From an uncultured delta proteobacterium (GTDB lineage: Bacteria > Myxococcota > Myxococcia > Myxococcales > Myxococcaceae): a stretch of 64,000 bases of DNA. The position numbers and the translations under genes are program-made. Location: the NCBI GenBank assembly GCA_963776345.1, contig CAVZMH010000020.1, positions 80,004 to 144,003 on the forward strand, given 5' to 3'. Of the stretch, positions 9,432-19,642 are shown in pieces. Below the pieces are notes generated by a model. The model saw only the letters and a list, made by a program, of their open reading frames with translations, was not told the origin of the DNA and did not search any database. Every line of letters begins with the position of its first letter. Position 1 is the first letter of the stretch.

Positions 9432-9887
9432 GTGCTTCGCATCGCTCTTGTGGCATCCATCATCGTCTCGCTGCCCGCGCTCGCCGCGAACGCCACCGTG
9501 GGCGCCGAGGCGTTCGCCTCGGGCTGCAGTCGCTGCCACGCCGCGACGCAGGTGCCGGCGGGCGCGACCGAGCCGCATGCCGACCGGCGGAACGCGCGCC
9601 CCGGCGCCGGGCCCGACCTGACCGAGGCGCTCATCGCCCAGGGCTACGACAAGGTCCGGGCGTGGATCGAGAAGCCGGGTCGCGCGAACCGCGAGACGAC
9701 GTGCGACACGCGGCAGGTCCCGCCGGCGCAGCTCGACGACCTGATGGCCTATCTGGTCTCCCAGGTCGTCCCGGCACAGCCGTCGCGGAAGGAGCGGCTC
9801 CGCGGGAAGCTGTCCGAGGAGCAGGCCCGGGCCGCGGCGGCCGGAGTCCCGACCGCACGCGCACGGAAGGGGGGGAGGCGGCCGTGA
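9432..9887 (+). CDS. tfcP: TfcP-like periplasmic cytochrome c
   Basis: Signal peptide, CSRCH heme motif, distal Cys (ETTCD), and position between pilX and pilY1. Confidence 0.7.
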   Translation: MLRIALVASIIVSLPALAANATVGAEAFASGCSRCHAATQVPAGATEPHADRRNARPGAGPDLTEALIAQGYDKVRAWIEKPGRANRETTCDTRQVPPAQLDDLMAYLVSQVVPAQPSRKERLRGKLSEEQARAAAAGVPTARARKGGRRP

Positions 9888-12800
9888 AGCGCACGATGAT
9901 CGCCGCGGTCGCGCTGCTCTCCTGCGTGGCGATGGTGGCCCACGCAGGCAGCCTGGCCGCGCTCTGCCAGGACAGCCTGGCCCAGAATCGCCAGCCCGAC
10001 TTCGCCGATGGCGGGTTCCAGAGCCTGAAGACGGTGCAGGTGGTGGGGACCCCGGCGGTGCTGCGGCTGAACACCAACCTCGACGTGCTGAACCCGCAGA
10101 AGATCCAGCTCCCGTTCGATCAGAACGTGAGCATCAGCTACGTCTACGAGGCCGGTGGAGCGGGCTGGGCGCTGGGATGGCTCTACGCGGACGACCTGGT
10201 GAAGCGCGGGTACCTGGACGCGAACGGGAACCTGCTCGACTCCGACGGCGACGGCATCCCCGACTTCCACGAGGACATCTACAACCTCTCGCAGAACCGG
10301 TACGTCGGGAAGTACCGCAAGTGCGGCGCCACGCCGCCCACCTTCACCTGGAACGGGGTGAACCTCGTCGAGCCGGAGATCGCCACCGACTCCTGTGGCA
10401 CCACCTTCGGCACCACCAGCAAGACGGCCATCCTGGCCGACGGCGGGATGGGCTCGGTCTCGGGCTGGCAGGTGGGGAAGGCCAGCGGGAGCACGCCCAC
10501 CACCCCGACCGTCGAGTACACCGACAACGGGCTGTACGCGCGGATCCCCAACCTCCTCGAGCCCGCGGACCCGCTGAACGGGGGCCTGGGCCTGGGCCAC
10601 CTCATCTTCCTCAACGCCGACGACGACAGCGACACCACCACCAAGGCGCTGGTCCCGGTCGCGGACATCTCGAGCAAGGTGGACGGCGTGCCGGACTACG
10701 ACGTCAGCGCCTACGACGGGAACGGCCGGCTGCTCCCCGCGGGCAGCAATCCCGATCCCGGCGTGTCGCTCTACGACCGCACGCTCAACCTGGGCACGCT
10801 CCCGGGGAGCAGGGAGATCATCTTCTACCTGGTGGTCTACTACACCAGCCAGGGTCAGGCCGGCTGCCTCGGCCGCGTCGGCGGCGTCTGCAAGCTCTGG
10901 CTCAACACGCCGGTCGTCGTCCACTTCAGCCGCACCGACCTGAACATGGACGAGAACCTCAACACCGCGAACCCCGCGGCCACGGTGGACATCGGGTGCG
11001 GGTATCCGAATACATGTAGTCTGGACGGTGGGACGTATACCGGCTGGCTCGACTCGGCGACCCTGACCCGCCTCGCGGCGCCGGACGGCGGCTACGGGCT
11101 GACCATGCCTCACGAGGTGGTGAGCGTTCCCCGTTCCAGCACCAACCGGATGCCGCACGTCATCGTGGGCGCGCCGAGCACCGATCCCTTCCGGTGGATC
11201 ATCGGGTTCGAGGACCTGAGCGGCGGCGGTGACCGCGACTTCAACGACGTGGTCTTCCAGATCAACAAGAGCAACGGCGGGACGGTGACCTCGGGGATCG
11301 TGTCGAACGACATCAGCCCCACCGACGTCCAGAACCTCACCATCACCAACATCCGCTTCAAGAAGGACGACAACGCCATCTACCAGGCCAGCGGTCCGGC
11401 CAACGCGTGCAGCGGGCCGCCCAAGGCCAGCATCGACTACTACGTCGCGGTGGACTGCAAGGTCTGCGCGAGCGGGGTCTGCACCGAGAACCCCAACCCC
11501 TCGTGGACGCGCGTGCCGCTGCCGGCGGGCAACCCGTCCGAGGTGACCTTCAACGTCCTCGACCTCGGCTTCACCGGCTCGCAGCTCTGCTGGCAGGCGC
11601 GGCTGTCGAGCCCCAACCAGTACTGCCAGCCCACCATCAACAGCGTCTCGGTGGGCTATCAGGCGGTGCGCTCGGGTTCCTACTCGCGGTCCAGCCTCTC
11701 CACGGTGGGCAACGCCTTCGTCTACGGGACCTACGAGACCCCGGGACAGGGCTGGACCGGCCCCTGGCCCACCAGCCCGCCGGCGCCGTCCACGCGGAAC
11801 TACGACGGCAAGCCCGACCTGAGCACCCGCGGGCACCTGTACCTCAAGTCCATCTACGATCCGGAGGCGCCCACGCTGACTCACTCCGTGCAGCGCTGGG
11901 ACTCGGGCGGACAGCTGGTCACCGACCTCACCGCCGGCTCGCCGTCGAGCCGCCGGCTCCTGACGGTGGACTCGACCGGGAAGATCGCCGCCCTCTCCAC
12001 GGTGAACGCGGCCGAGGACCTGCTCCTCCCTGCGACCCAGCTCTGCCGGGTGAATGGCGGAAGGTACGTCTTCGACCTCAACGGCGACGGGGTCTGTACC
12101 TCGAGCGATCGCGACTTCGTGAAGGACTGGCTCTATGGCTGGGAGGACAACCAGCCGCCCGGGCCGGTGGGCAGCCGCCGCGCCTGGCCGATGGGCGGGG
12201 TGAACCTCTCCACCCCCGCGGTGGTGGGGCCGCCGACCTATCCGTCCTGGTATTACAACACCACCGGCGACGAGCAGACCGCGTTCCAGACGCGGTTCGT
12301 CAGCGGCGTCCTCAACGGGAGCCCGCTCTCGGCGCGCAACACGTACACCTACGTCAACACCAGCAGCGGCATGCTCCACGCCTTCGCCGCGGGCCACTAC
12401 TCGCCGGCCACCTCGGACCCGTGCCTCGGGCAGCGCGGCACCACCCTGTACCGGGGCTTCTTCCAGCCCACCGGCGCCTGCGTCCCCCCCCCCGGCATCA
12501 ATCCCCGGAACTACGGCACCGGCGCCGAGCGCTTCGTCTTCCTGCCGCGGAGCCTGCTCGGGCGGTACGTGAACAGCTACGTCGGGCCCACCATCACCGG
12601 CGCGCCGTCGGCCTCGCTCGACGCCTCGCCGGCGGTGGCGGACGTGGACCTCGGCGGCCTGGGCTCCAGCGTGCTGCCCTGGACCATCAGCAACAAGCTG
12701 GGCCAGGGGGCCAAGACGATGCTCGTCTCCGCCGCCGGCCGGGGCCAGAGCACGGTGTTCGCGCTCGACATCACCCAGCCCGATCTCGACACCTACCCCA

Positions 12801-13882
12801 TCTTCCAGTGGGAGTTCGACATGAACTCGGTCAACAGCGCGTTCGCCAGCGCGCGGCTGGGCAACCCGAGCGCGCTCCTGCCGGACACCAACGGGACGCG
12901 GCATGCGCCGGTGGTGGCGCGGGTGGACTTCGGGAGCAGCGGCTCCGCCGACTGCGGGACCGGCACGGGGAGCTGCCGGAAGTGGGTGGCGGCGGTGGCG
13001 ACGGACTACCTCCCCGCCTCGGGGTACGCCGGCGCCATCTACCTCATCGACCTCACCACCGGCGCGCCGGTGGTGGTGAACGGGAAGCAGGTGGGGGTGG
13101 TGCCCCTGGAGCAGGGCGAGGGCGTCGGCGGTGAGCCGGCCTACGGCGACGCCACCCCCGGAGACGGCACCTCCGACGTTCTCTACGTGCCCTCGACCAG
13201 CGGGCGGGTGTACCGGCTGAACCTGAGCAAGCGGGACGAGAGCCAGGCGCTCGGCTCGCGCATTCCCAAGTGCCTCATCGCCAGCGCTCCGCTCGCGGTG
13301 GGCGGGGCCGACGGGCCGCTGGAGGAGATCCACTCCGGTCTGGTCTCCCGGCCGGGCCCGATCACCGACGGCAAGTCCACGGTGATGTTCTTCTTCGGCA
13401 CCGCGGACAGCCCGGACGATCCGTACGACGCGACCGCCTCGAGGTACTACGTCTTCGGCTACACCGATCCCGATCCGCTCGGCACCTGCCCCAGCGCGCC
13501 GGTGGCTCCCACCTGGAGCCAGGCGCTCGACGCGGGACAGCGGGTGTGGGGCGGGGTCTCGCTGGACTCGAACTACGTCTACGTGACCACCGCGGTGGGC
13601 AACGCCGCCGACGCCTGCAACCTCAGCAACAACGTGAGCGGCAAGTATTACAGCTTCGGCCAGGGCGACGGAACGGCGCAGTCCGGCAGCGGCAAGGACC
13701 TGGGCGGCCACTCGCTCAACTCTCCGGTCATCTACGACGGCCACGTGCTCAGCGTCAGCGTCACCGGGCAGGCCACGGCCTACGGCGACGCCGCCTGGAA
13801 CAACAAGACCAACTTCACGCCAGCCACCGCGCCGAGGGTCATCCTGTGGGACGTGTCGACACAGTCGCAGCTCCCCAAGTGA
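9884..13882 (+). CDS. pilY1: PilY1 adhesin with N-terminal DUF4114
   Basis: GFEDLSGGGDRDFNDVVF, Ca-loop DLNGDG, and PilY1 beta-propeller motifs GMLHAF, GAERFVFLP, VFALDIT. Confidence 0.88.
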   Translation: MKRTMIAAVALLSCVAMVAHAGSLAALCQDSLAQNRQPDFADGGFQSLKTVQVVGTPAVLRLNTNLDVLNPQKIQLPFDQNVSISYVYEAGGAGWALGWLYADDLVKRGYLDANGNLLDSDGDGIPDFHEDIYNLSQNRYVGKYRKCGATPPTFTWNGVNLVEPEIATDSCGTTFGTTSKTAILADGGMGSVSGWQVGKASGSTPTTPTVEYTDNGLYARIPNLLEPADPLNGGLGLGHLIFLNADDDSDTTTKALVPVADISSKVDGVPDYDVSAYDGNGRLLPAGSNPDPGVSLYDRTLNLGTLPGSREIIFYLVVYYTSQGQAGCLGRVGGVCKLWLNTPVVVHFSRTDLNMDENLNTANPAATVDIGCGYPNTCSLDGGTYTGWLDSATLTRLAAPDGGYGLTMPHEVVSVPRSSTNRMPHVIVGAPSTDPFRWIIGFEDLSGGGDRDFNDVVFQINKSNGGTVTSGIVSNDISPTDVQNLTITNIRFKKDDNAIYQASGPANACSGPPKASIDYYVAVDCKVCASGVCTENPNPSWTRVPLPAGNPSEVTFNVLDLGFTGSQLCWQARLSSPNQYCQPTINSVSVGYQAVRSGSYSRSSLSTVGNAFVYGTYETPGQGWTGPWPTSPPAPSTRNYDGKPDLSTRGHLYLKSIYDPEAPTLTHSVQRWDSGGQLVTDLTAGSPSSRRLLTVDSTGKIAALSTVNAAEDLLLPATQLCRVNGGRYVFDLNGDGVCTSSDRDFVKDWLYGWEDNQPPGPVGSRRAWPMGGVNLSTPAVVGPPTYPSWYYNTTGDEQTAFQTRFVSGVLNGSPLSARNTYTYVNTSSGMLHAFAAGHYSPATSDPCLGQRGTTLYRGFFQPTGACVPPPGINPRNYGTGAERFVFLPRSLLGRYVNSYVGPTITGAPSASLDASPAVADVDLGGLGSSVLPWTISNKLGQGAKTMLVSAAGRGQSTVFALDITQPDLDTYPIFQWEFDMNSVNSAFASARLGNPSALLPDTNGTRHAPVVARVDFGSSGSADCGTGTGSCRKWVAAVATDYLPASGYAGAIYLIDLTTGAPVVVNGKQVGVVPLEQGEGVGGEPAYGDATPGDGTSDVLYVPSTSGRVYRLNLSKRDESQALGSRIPKCLIASAPLAVGGADGPLEEIHSGLVSRPGPITDGKSTVMFFFGTADSPDDPYDATASRYYVFGYTDPDPLGTCPSAPVAPTWSQALDAGQRVWGGVSLDSNYVYVTTAVGNAADACNLSNNVSGKYYSFGQGDGTAQSGSGKDLGGHSLNSPVIYDGHVLSVSVTGQATAYGDAAWNNKTNFTPATAPRVILWDVSTQSQLPK

Positions 13883-14397
13883 GGAGCCGGCGCGGGACCA
13901 CGCTCATCGAGGTGATGGCCGCCATGGGCGTGATGGCCATCGGCATCGCGGCGATCGGATCGCTGGTGCTCGCGGCCAGCTCCCAGAACCGGCGGACCCT
14001 GGCCATGGCCCAGGCGGAGGCGGTGGCCCAGCGTGAGCTGGAGCGGGTGCTGGCGCTGGGATGCAGCAACGGGAACTCGGACACCGCCTTCTGCGACAAC
14101 GTGCGCGCCCTGGACCGGACCGGGTACGACGTGGCCTGGGGCGTCTCCACGCTCCCCGGGACGGCGCCCACCGCCGCGACCCGTCCGTACCACGTGGACA
14201 TCGACGTGGACGGACCGGGCGACTGCAACGGCGCCCCGTGCTTCGAGGGCGGCGAGACCGGCGCCCCGATCCTCGCCCGGACGCTGGTGCCCGGCCAGCC
14301 GCCGCCGCGCCTGCTCAACGTCCGGGTGACGGTGAGCTGGACCGAGCGGGACCGGCCGCGGCAGGCCGTGGCGCTCCAGACGCGGGTGGCCCCATGA
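13879..14397 (+). CDS. pilV: PilV-like minor pilin
   Basis: RRG|TTLIEVMAAM type III signal. GTGA overlap with pilY1. Confidence 0.8.
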   Translation: MRSRRGTTLIEVMAAMGVMAIGIAAIGSLVLAASSQNRRTLAMAQAEAVAQRELERVLALGCSNGNSDTAFCDNVRALDRTGYDVAWGVSTLPGTAPTAATRPYHVDIDVDGPGDCNGAPCFEGGETGAPILARTLVPGQPPPRLLNVRVTVSWTERDRPRQAVALQTRVAP

Positions 14398-15566
14398 CCC
14401 GGCGCGGCTTCACCCTCATGGAGGCCATGGTGGCCAGCGCCATGGGCCTGGTGGTCCTCACCGCGACGCTGACCGTGGGCGTGCAGCTCCAGCGCAAGGC
14501 CATCTTCGAGCAGCAGAGCTCGCTCATCCAGGGCGGGACCCAGGCGGTGGCCGAGTTCTTCGGGCCCATGCTCCAGCGCGCGGGCGAGGGGATGGGCAAC
14601 GCCCGCATCAACCTCGGTGGGAATGCCTTCGTCTACGCCATCCAGGTGACCACCGGGGACACCTTCGGCGGCTTCCCCGGCTTCTCCCCCCCGCCGCCGG
14701 CCTACGCCGACCGGATCTCCGACTCGCTCCAGCTCCGGTGGGGCGACCCGACCGCGGTGGTCTCGCTCGGCGCCTGCGCGCTCTCCGGGGCGGACGGCGG
14801 CACGGGTGGTTTCTCCCGCGAGAGCTCGGGGCTGTGCACCGTGACCCAGGCGAGCGCGCTCGACGCCGGCACCCCGGTGTTCGTGGTGAACCCGGACCTC
14901 CCGGAGGCCTGCTCGCAGATCGTCACCGGCCCGGCCGGGTCCGAGACCCCCGGGGTGCACGCGGCCACGCTGCCGGCGACGCCCTACCCGAACTCGACCG
15001 ACGCCCCGGCGGGCGACGGCTGTGCGATGGGCGGCTCGCTGTTCGCCACCCCGCGAACGGTGGTGATGCCGGCCGGCGGCGTCACCTTCCGGGTCAACTG
15101 GGAGAGCGGCGCACCGGTGCTCGAGTACACCAACCGGGCGCCGCCGCTTCCCGGCGACACCTGGACCGAGGTGAGCCGCGACGTGGAGCAGATGACCGTC
15201 GCCCTCGGAGTGCACGACCTCACCGCGGACGCGGGAGTCCCCATGACCTGGTACCCCGGCGCGGACGGGGGCGTGCCGATCGACCAGTGCCTGGGCGCGA
15301 GCCCGAGCGGCAGCTGCGCGGTCCCGGGCGGGATGGGCCCTCCGGCGCTGGACCCGACGACCTGGGACGCCCTGATGCGGCGGGTGCGGGCGGTGGAGGT
15401 CCGGCTGGTGGCGCGCTCGAGCCGGCGCGAGCGGCCCGATGCCATGGCAGCGGACGGCGGGAGCTTCGTCCGCGACGAGGACGGGAACCCGGACGATGGC
15501 TTCGTCCGCCGGACGCTGGTGCTGACGCTCGCCCCGCGAAACTACCAGCTGGCGGGGAGCTTCTGA
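14394..15566 (+). CDS. pilW: PilW-like minor pilin
   Basis: RRG|FTLMEAMVA and C-terminal VRAVEVRLVARS...LAPRN. Confidence 0.8.
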   Translation: MTRRGFTLMEAMVASAMGLVVLTATLTVGVQLQRKAIFEQQSSLIQGGTQAVAEFFGPMLQRAGEGMGNARINLGGNAFVYAIQVTTGDTFGGFPGFSPPPPAYADRISDSLQLRWGDPTAVVSLGACALSGADGGTGGFSRESSGLCTVTQASALDAGTPVFVVNPDLPEACSQIVTGPAGSETPGVHAATLPATPYPNSTDAPAGDGCAMGGSLFATPRTVVMPAGGVTFRVNWESGAPVLEYTNRAPPLPGDTWTEVSRDVEQMTVALGVHDLTADAGVPMTWYPGADGGVPIDQCLGASPSGSCAVPGGMGPPALDPTTWDALMRRVRAVEVRLVARSSRRERPDAMAADGGSFVRDEDGNPDDGFVRRTLVLTLAPRNYQLAGSF

Positions 15567-16153
15567 TGACCCGCCGGGCATTCACCTTGCTCGAGGCGAT
15601 GACCACCTGCGCGATCATCGCCGTCCTGGCCGCCCTGGCGATGGAGAGCTGGGATTCGGCCATCGCCCGGGCGCGGGCCAACGACGCGGTGATGGGCGTC
15701 TACGGACAGCTGCTCGCGGCACGGAAGATCGCCCGCACGCACAACCAGCCGGTGCGGCTGGCGATGGTGCCGGACGGGGGCGTCACCCTCGCCCGCTGGG
15801 AGCGGCTCCCGTGTGACAACGAGGTCTTCGGGCTCGGCTGCCCCTCCGCCGCCTGCGCCACCACCGACGCCTGCGGCGGAGGCTCGTGCCCCTGCCGGGA
15901 CACGGGCGACTGGGTGACGGTGCCGTCCACCGTGGACCTCAGCGCCTGGGCGGGTCTGTGCTTCCGGGGCGGCACCGGTCAGGCGGTGCCCCGGGTGGCG
16001 GGGGTGGGCGACTGTCTGGCGCCGCCCCCTGCCGGCGCGCTCGGCCTCCGGGCCGGCATCGCCCATCAGAACGACCAGCAGCTGCTGCTCGAGCCGCTGA
16101 GCGGGCAGCCGAGGCTGCTGTCCTGCAGCACGGGGGACGCCGGCTGCAACTGA
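15566..16153 (+). CDS. fimU: FimU/FimT-like minor pilin
   Basis: RRA|FTLLEAMTT, ARKIAR, and a Cys-rich globular domain. Confidence 0.75.
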   Translation: MTRRAFTLLEAMTTCAIIAVLAALAMESWDSAIARARANDAVMGVYGQLLAARKIARTHNQPVRLAMVPDGGVTLARWERLPCDNEVFGLGCPSAACATTDACGGGSCPCRDTGDWVTVPSTVDLSAWAGLCFRGGTGQAVPRVAGVGDCLAPPPAGALGLRAGIAHQNDQQLLLEPLSGQPRLLSCSTGDAGCN

Positions 16154-16209
16154 GGGTCGCGCGGGCGGACCTGGACTGACGGGGTCGGGTCGTCTGTTAC
16201 ATTGAGAGG

Positions 16210-17418
16210 ATGCTTCGCCGGCTCGGTCTTCTCTGTCTCCTCTGCGTGGCGTCTGCCTGTCACCGGGCGACGCCGGCGGAGGCCCCGGCGAAGAGCGCGG
16301 CCACCAACCCCGGCCTCCCCACCGCCCCCAGCCACCACCCGTCGCGCCCGCCCCCGGTGGAGCCGCTGGCGGTGTGCGACGCGCGGGGTCTCGACCCGCT
16401 CGACGCGGCGCGGGCGGCGTACGACGCCCGGGAGTACGACCGGGCGCTCTCCTGCGCCGCCGAGGCCTCGGCGAAGGCGCCCGACGAGCCGGACGCGCAC
16501 AGCGAGCGGGGCGCGGCGCTCTCGGCGCTGGGCCACTTCGAGGAGGCCAAGCTGGCCTATGCACGGGCGCTGGCGCTCGACCCGGAGCACCTCGATTCGC
16601 TGCTCGGCGCGGCGCACCTCTACGGGGTGAGCCTCCCCAGCACCCGGGACAACGACGAGCTGGCGTTCGTCTACGCCGAGCGGGGGCGGCAGCTGGCCCG
16701 CGAGGCCGGCGACGGTGAGCTGGCCGCGCAGTTCGCCCTGCTCGGGGCCATGGCCGCCAACGACCTCGGCGAGGCGCAGGTGGCGCTCGAGCGGAGCGAG
16801 GAGGCCGGCGAGGAGCGCGCCAGCGACGCGGACGTGGCCTACGAGCGGGCGGTGGCGCTCTTCGAGCTGTGCCGCTTCAAGGAGGCGCAGGAGGCCTTCA
16901 CCCGGCTGCTCTCGGACGACGAGCACGGGGCGCACGCCCACCAGCACCTCGGGCTGCTGCTGGAGCGGGAAGGGAAGCTGACCGAGGCCGAGGCGCACCT
17001 CCGGAAGGCGCACCAGCTGTCGCCGGAGGACTTCCCGGCGCCGCAGCTCCTCTCGGAGAAGGAGTTCCGCCGCGAGGTGGACCGGGCGCTGGCCGGGCTG
17101 CCGGCGGACATGCGGAAGGACCTCGGCGGCATCCCGGTGACGGTGGAGGACATCCCCAAGGCCGAGGACCTCCTGGAGGGCGACCCGCCGCTGTCTCCCA
17201 CCATCCTCGGGCTCTTCCGCGGGCCGCCCATCGGCGAGTCGTGCAGCGCGGACGACGGCCCGGTGTGCCGCTCGGTGGTGGTGTACCGGAAGAACCTGGC
17301 CCGCGCGGTGAGCTCGCGCGAGGAGCTGGAGGAGCAGATCCGGGTGACGCTGCTCCACGAGATCGGGCACCTCCGGGGCGAGGACGACCTGGAGCTCGCC
17401 GCGCGCGGGCTCGAATGA
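16210..17418 (+). CDS. TPR lipoprotein with C-terminal Zincin_1 metallopeptidase
   Basis: Lipobox ASAC, TPR helices, ILGLFRG, TLLHEIGH. Confidence 0.8.
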   Translation: MLRRLGLLCLLCVASACHRATPAEAPAKSAATNPGLPTAPSHHPSRPPPVEPLAVCDARGLDPLDAARAAYDAREYDRALSCAAEASAKAPDEPDAHSERGAALSALGHFEEAKLAYARALALDPEHLDSLLGAAHLYGVSLPSTRDNDELAFVYAERGRQLAREAGDGELAAQFALLGAMAANDLGEAQVALERSEEAGEERASDADVAYERAVALFELCRFKEAQEAFTRLLSDDEHGAHAHQHLGLLLEREGKLTEAEAHLRKAHQLSPEDFPAPQLLSEKEFRREVDRALAGLPADMRKDLGGIPVTVEDIPKAEDLLEGDPPLSPTILGLFRGPPIGESCSADDGPVCRSVVVYRKNLARAVSSREELEEQIRVTLLHEIGHLRGEDDLELAARGLE

Positions 17419-18603
17419 GCTCCGAGCGTCGCGGTCCTCCGCCGGCGGTCCGGGTGTCGGCGGACGGGGCCCGCGCGCTCCGGCACCTCCGGCCCTGGGT
17501 CTGGAGGAAGGACGTGCTCGAGCCGCCGGACGCGCCCGGGGGCGCGGTGGTGACGGTGGTCGACCCACGGGGGCAGCCGGCGGGGCAGGCGCTGTGGGCG
17601 GCCCGGAGTCCGCTCGCGCTGCGGCTCCTCACCCGGCGCTCTCCGGCGGACGAGCGCGTGGACGCAGGGTGGTTCCGGGCCCGGCTCGAGGCGTCCATCG
17701 CCCGGAGGGCGCCGCTCGGGCGCGAGGCGCTCCGGCTGGTGCACGGCGAGTCCGACGGGTTGCCGGGCCTGTTCGTGGACCGCTACCGCGACCGGCTGGT
17801 GCTGCAGACCCTGTCGGAGGGGATGGACGCGCAGAAGGAGGCGCTCGCCGCGGCGCTGGTGGAGCTGACCGGCGCGGTCCAGGTGGTCTGCCGCGACGAC
17901 GGCTCGGGGCGCGACTTCGAGCAGCTCCCGCGCGAGTCGCGCGTGCTGCGAGGCCCAGCGGACGCCGAGGCGGAGTGGCGCGCGGGCGAGAACGTCTTCC
18001 GCGCCGACTTGCTCCGGGGACATGAAGACCGGAGCGTTCCTGGACCAGGCGGAGAACCACCTCCGGGCGGGTGAGCTCGGCCGCGGTCGCGCGCTGGATG
18101 CCTTCAGCTACCACGGTGGGTTCGCGCTGGCGCTGGCCGGGCGGTGCGACTCGGTGCTGGCGCTGGAGCAGGACCCGGCGGCGGCGGCCCGCCTCGCCGA
18201 CAACGTGCGGCGGAACGGCCGGAGGAACGTCGAGGCCCGCGAGGCGAACGCGTTCGACGTGCTGCACCAGCTGGACCGGGACGGCGAGCGGTTCGACACG
18301 GTGGTGCTCGACCCGCCGGGGCTGGCGAAGCGCAAGGAGGGTCCGAGGACGGCGCTGCGTGCCTACCGCGAGCTGAACGTCCGGGCGCTGCGCCTGCTCC
18401 GGCCCGGTGGGCTGCTGGTCACCTGCTCCTGCTCGGGGAAGGTGAAGCTTCCGGACTTCGAGGAGATGTTGCTCGAGGCGGCGGACGACGTGCGGCGGCC
18501 GATCCAGATCCTCGAGCGGCGCGGGCCGGCGACGGACCATCCGGCGCTCGGTGGATTGCCGGAGACGGAATATCTGAAGGCGTTCTTCGTCCGGCCGCTC
18601 TGA
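17415..18603 (+). CDS. RlmI-like class I SAM rRNA methyltransferase (frameshift near 18014)
   Basis: PUA-like PWVWR and RLVHGESDGLPGL, then KTGAFLDQ, DAFSYHGGF, VVLDPP, TCSCS, YLK in the next frame. Confidence 0.85.
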
Positions 18604-18640
18604 GCGCTCGGGCCGTCCTGCTCTTCGGGCGGCCTGCGCT

Positions 18641-18678
18641 GAGCGACACCGGCCTCGGGGGGGACGCCGGTGTCGCTC
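18641..18678. terminator. Perfect 13-bp GC hairpin (possible terminator or RNA stem)
   Basis: GAGCGACACCGGC ... GCCGGTGTCGCTC, 37 bp after the methyltransferase stop. There is no U-tract. Confidence 0.4.
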
Positions 18679-18763
18679 GGGCAGGTGAGTGGGGGTTCGG
18701 GCCCTGACCCAGGCCTCGGCCCGACCCGGGGCAGGCTGCAACGGCTGCGGCCGGGGCCGGCTT

Positions 18764-18889
18764 CAGCGCTCAAGATGCTATAGCACTCTCGCCTACTGAG
18801 AGTGCGAGTTGATCCAACGTAAGCACCTGACTCGTCGTGGAGGCAAACACTCAGGGTGTATGGAGCGTGCTATAGCATCTTGAGCGCTG
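18764..18889. other. 126-bp element bounded by a perfect 23-bp inverted repeat (ncRNA or MITE candidate)
   Basis: CAGCGCTCAAGATGCTATAGCAC (18764-18786) and GTGCTATAGCATCTTGAGCGCTG (18867-18889). Visibly more AT-rich than its flanks. Confidence 0.7.
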
Positions 18890-19037
18890 GAGGCAGGCGG
18901 CCCGGCACTGTCGACCGCTCATCGACCGGCGTCCCGGGGTGGCTCCCAGGCGCATGCGCTCGATGAGTTCCGGCGCGCGCTCGCGTCTACCCCAGCGACG
19001 TCCGCAGTTGAACGGACCCAGGAACTGGAGAGAGACG

Positions 19038-19523
19038 ATGGCGGTGACGCAGAAGATCAGGCCGATGCTGTGGTTCGACGGCAAGGCGGAGGAGGCGGCG
19101 CGGTTCTACGTCTCCCTCTTCCCCGGCTCGAAGATCCTCGAGATGACGCGCTTCGGCGAGACCGGCCCCGGTCCGAAGGGCTCGGTGATGACGGTGAGCT
19201 TCCGGCTGGGAGACCAGGAGTACGTCGGGCTGAATGGTGGTCCGCAGTTCAAGTTCACCGAGGCCATCTCGCTGGCGATCGAGTGCGAGACCCAGGAGGA
19301 GGTCGACCGGCTCTGGAGCGCGCTGACCTCGGGCGGCGGGCAGGAAGGGCAGTGCGGCTGGCTCAAGGACCGCTACGGGCTCTCGTGGCAGGTCGTCCCG
19401 TCGGCGCTGATCCGCGCGGTCAGCGGGCCGGATCAGAAGAAGGCCGACCGGGTCATGGCGGCGGTGATGACCATGCAGAAGATCGACCTGGCGCGGATCG
19501 AGGCTGCCGCGCGGGGCCGTTGA
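19038..19523 (+). CDS. VOC family (PhnB/3-demethylubiquinone-9 methyltransferase-like) protein
   Basis: KIRPMLWFDGKAEEAARFY, LNGGPQFKFTEAIS, CGWLKDRYGLSWQVVP. Confidence 0.88.
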   Translation: MAVTQKIRPMLWFDGKAEEAARFYVSLFPGSKILEMTRFGETGPGPKGSVMTVSFRLGDQEYVGLNGGPQFKFTEAISLAIECETQEEVDRLWSALTSGGGQEGQCGWLKDRYGLSWQVVPSALIRAVSGPDQKKADRVMAAVMTMQKIDLARIEAAARGR

Positions 19524-19642
19524 CGCGGGCAGGCGTCGGCCCGTTCGTTGCAGCCCGCCAGCGCACCGGCCGAGGCCAGGCCGCACCTCTGCAACCCGTC
19601 CGGTGACACGGACGCTGTCGTCCCCTCGGAGCAATGACCGTC

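Noticed and set aside
9749..13744. 1331-aa antisense ORF and many other long overlapping ORFs
   Set aside because: These are shadow ORFs typical of high-GC codon bias, with no recognisable motifs, opposite or overlapping well-supported genes.
18781..18807. CIRCE (HrcA) operator TAGCACTC...GAGTGCGA
   Set aside because: The spacing is 11 rather than 9, the right arm is imperfect, and no chaperone gene is adjacent.
18764..19013. Retron msr-msd or integron attC
   Set aside because: No reverse transcriptase or integron integrase is in the window. The RYYYAAC/GTTRRRY candidates are about 195 bp apart and poorly complementary.
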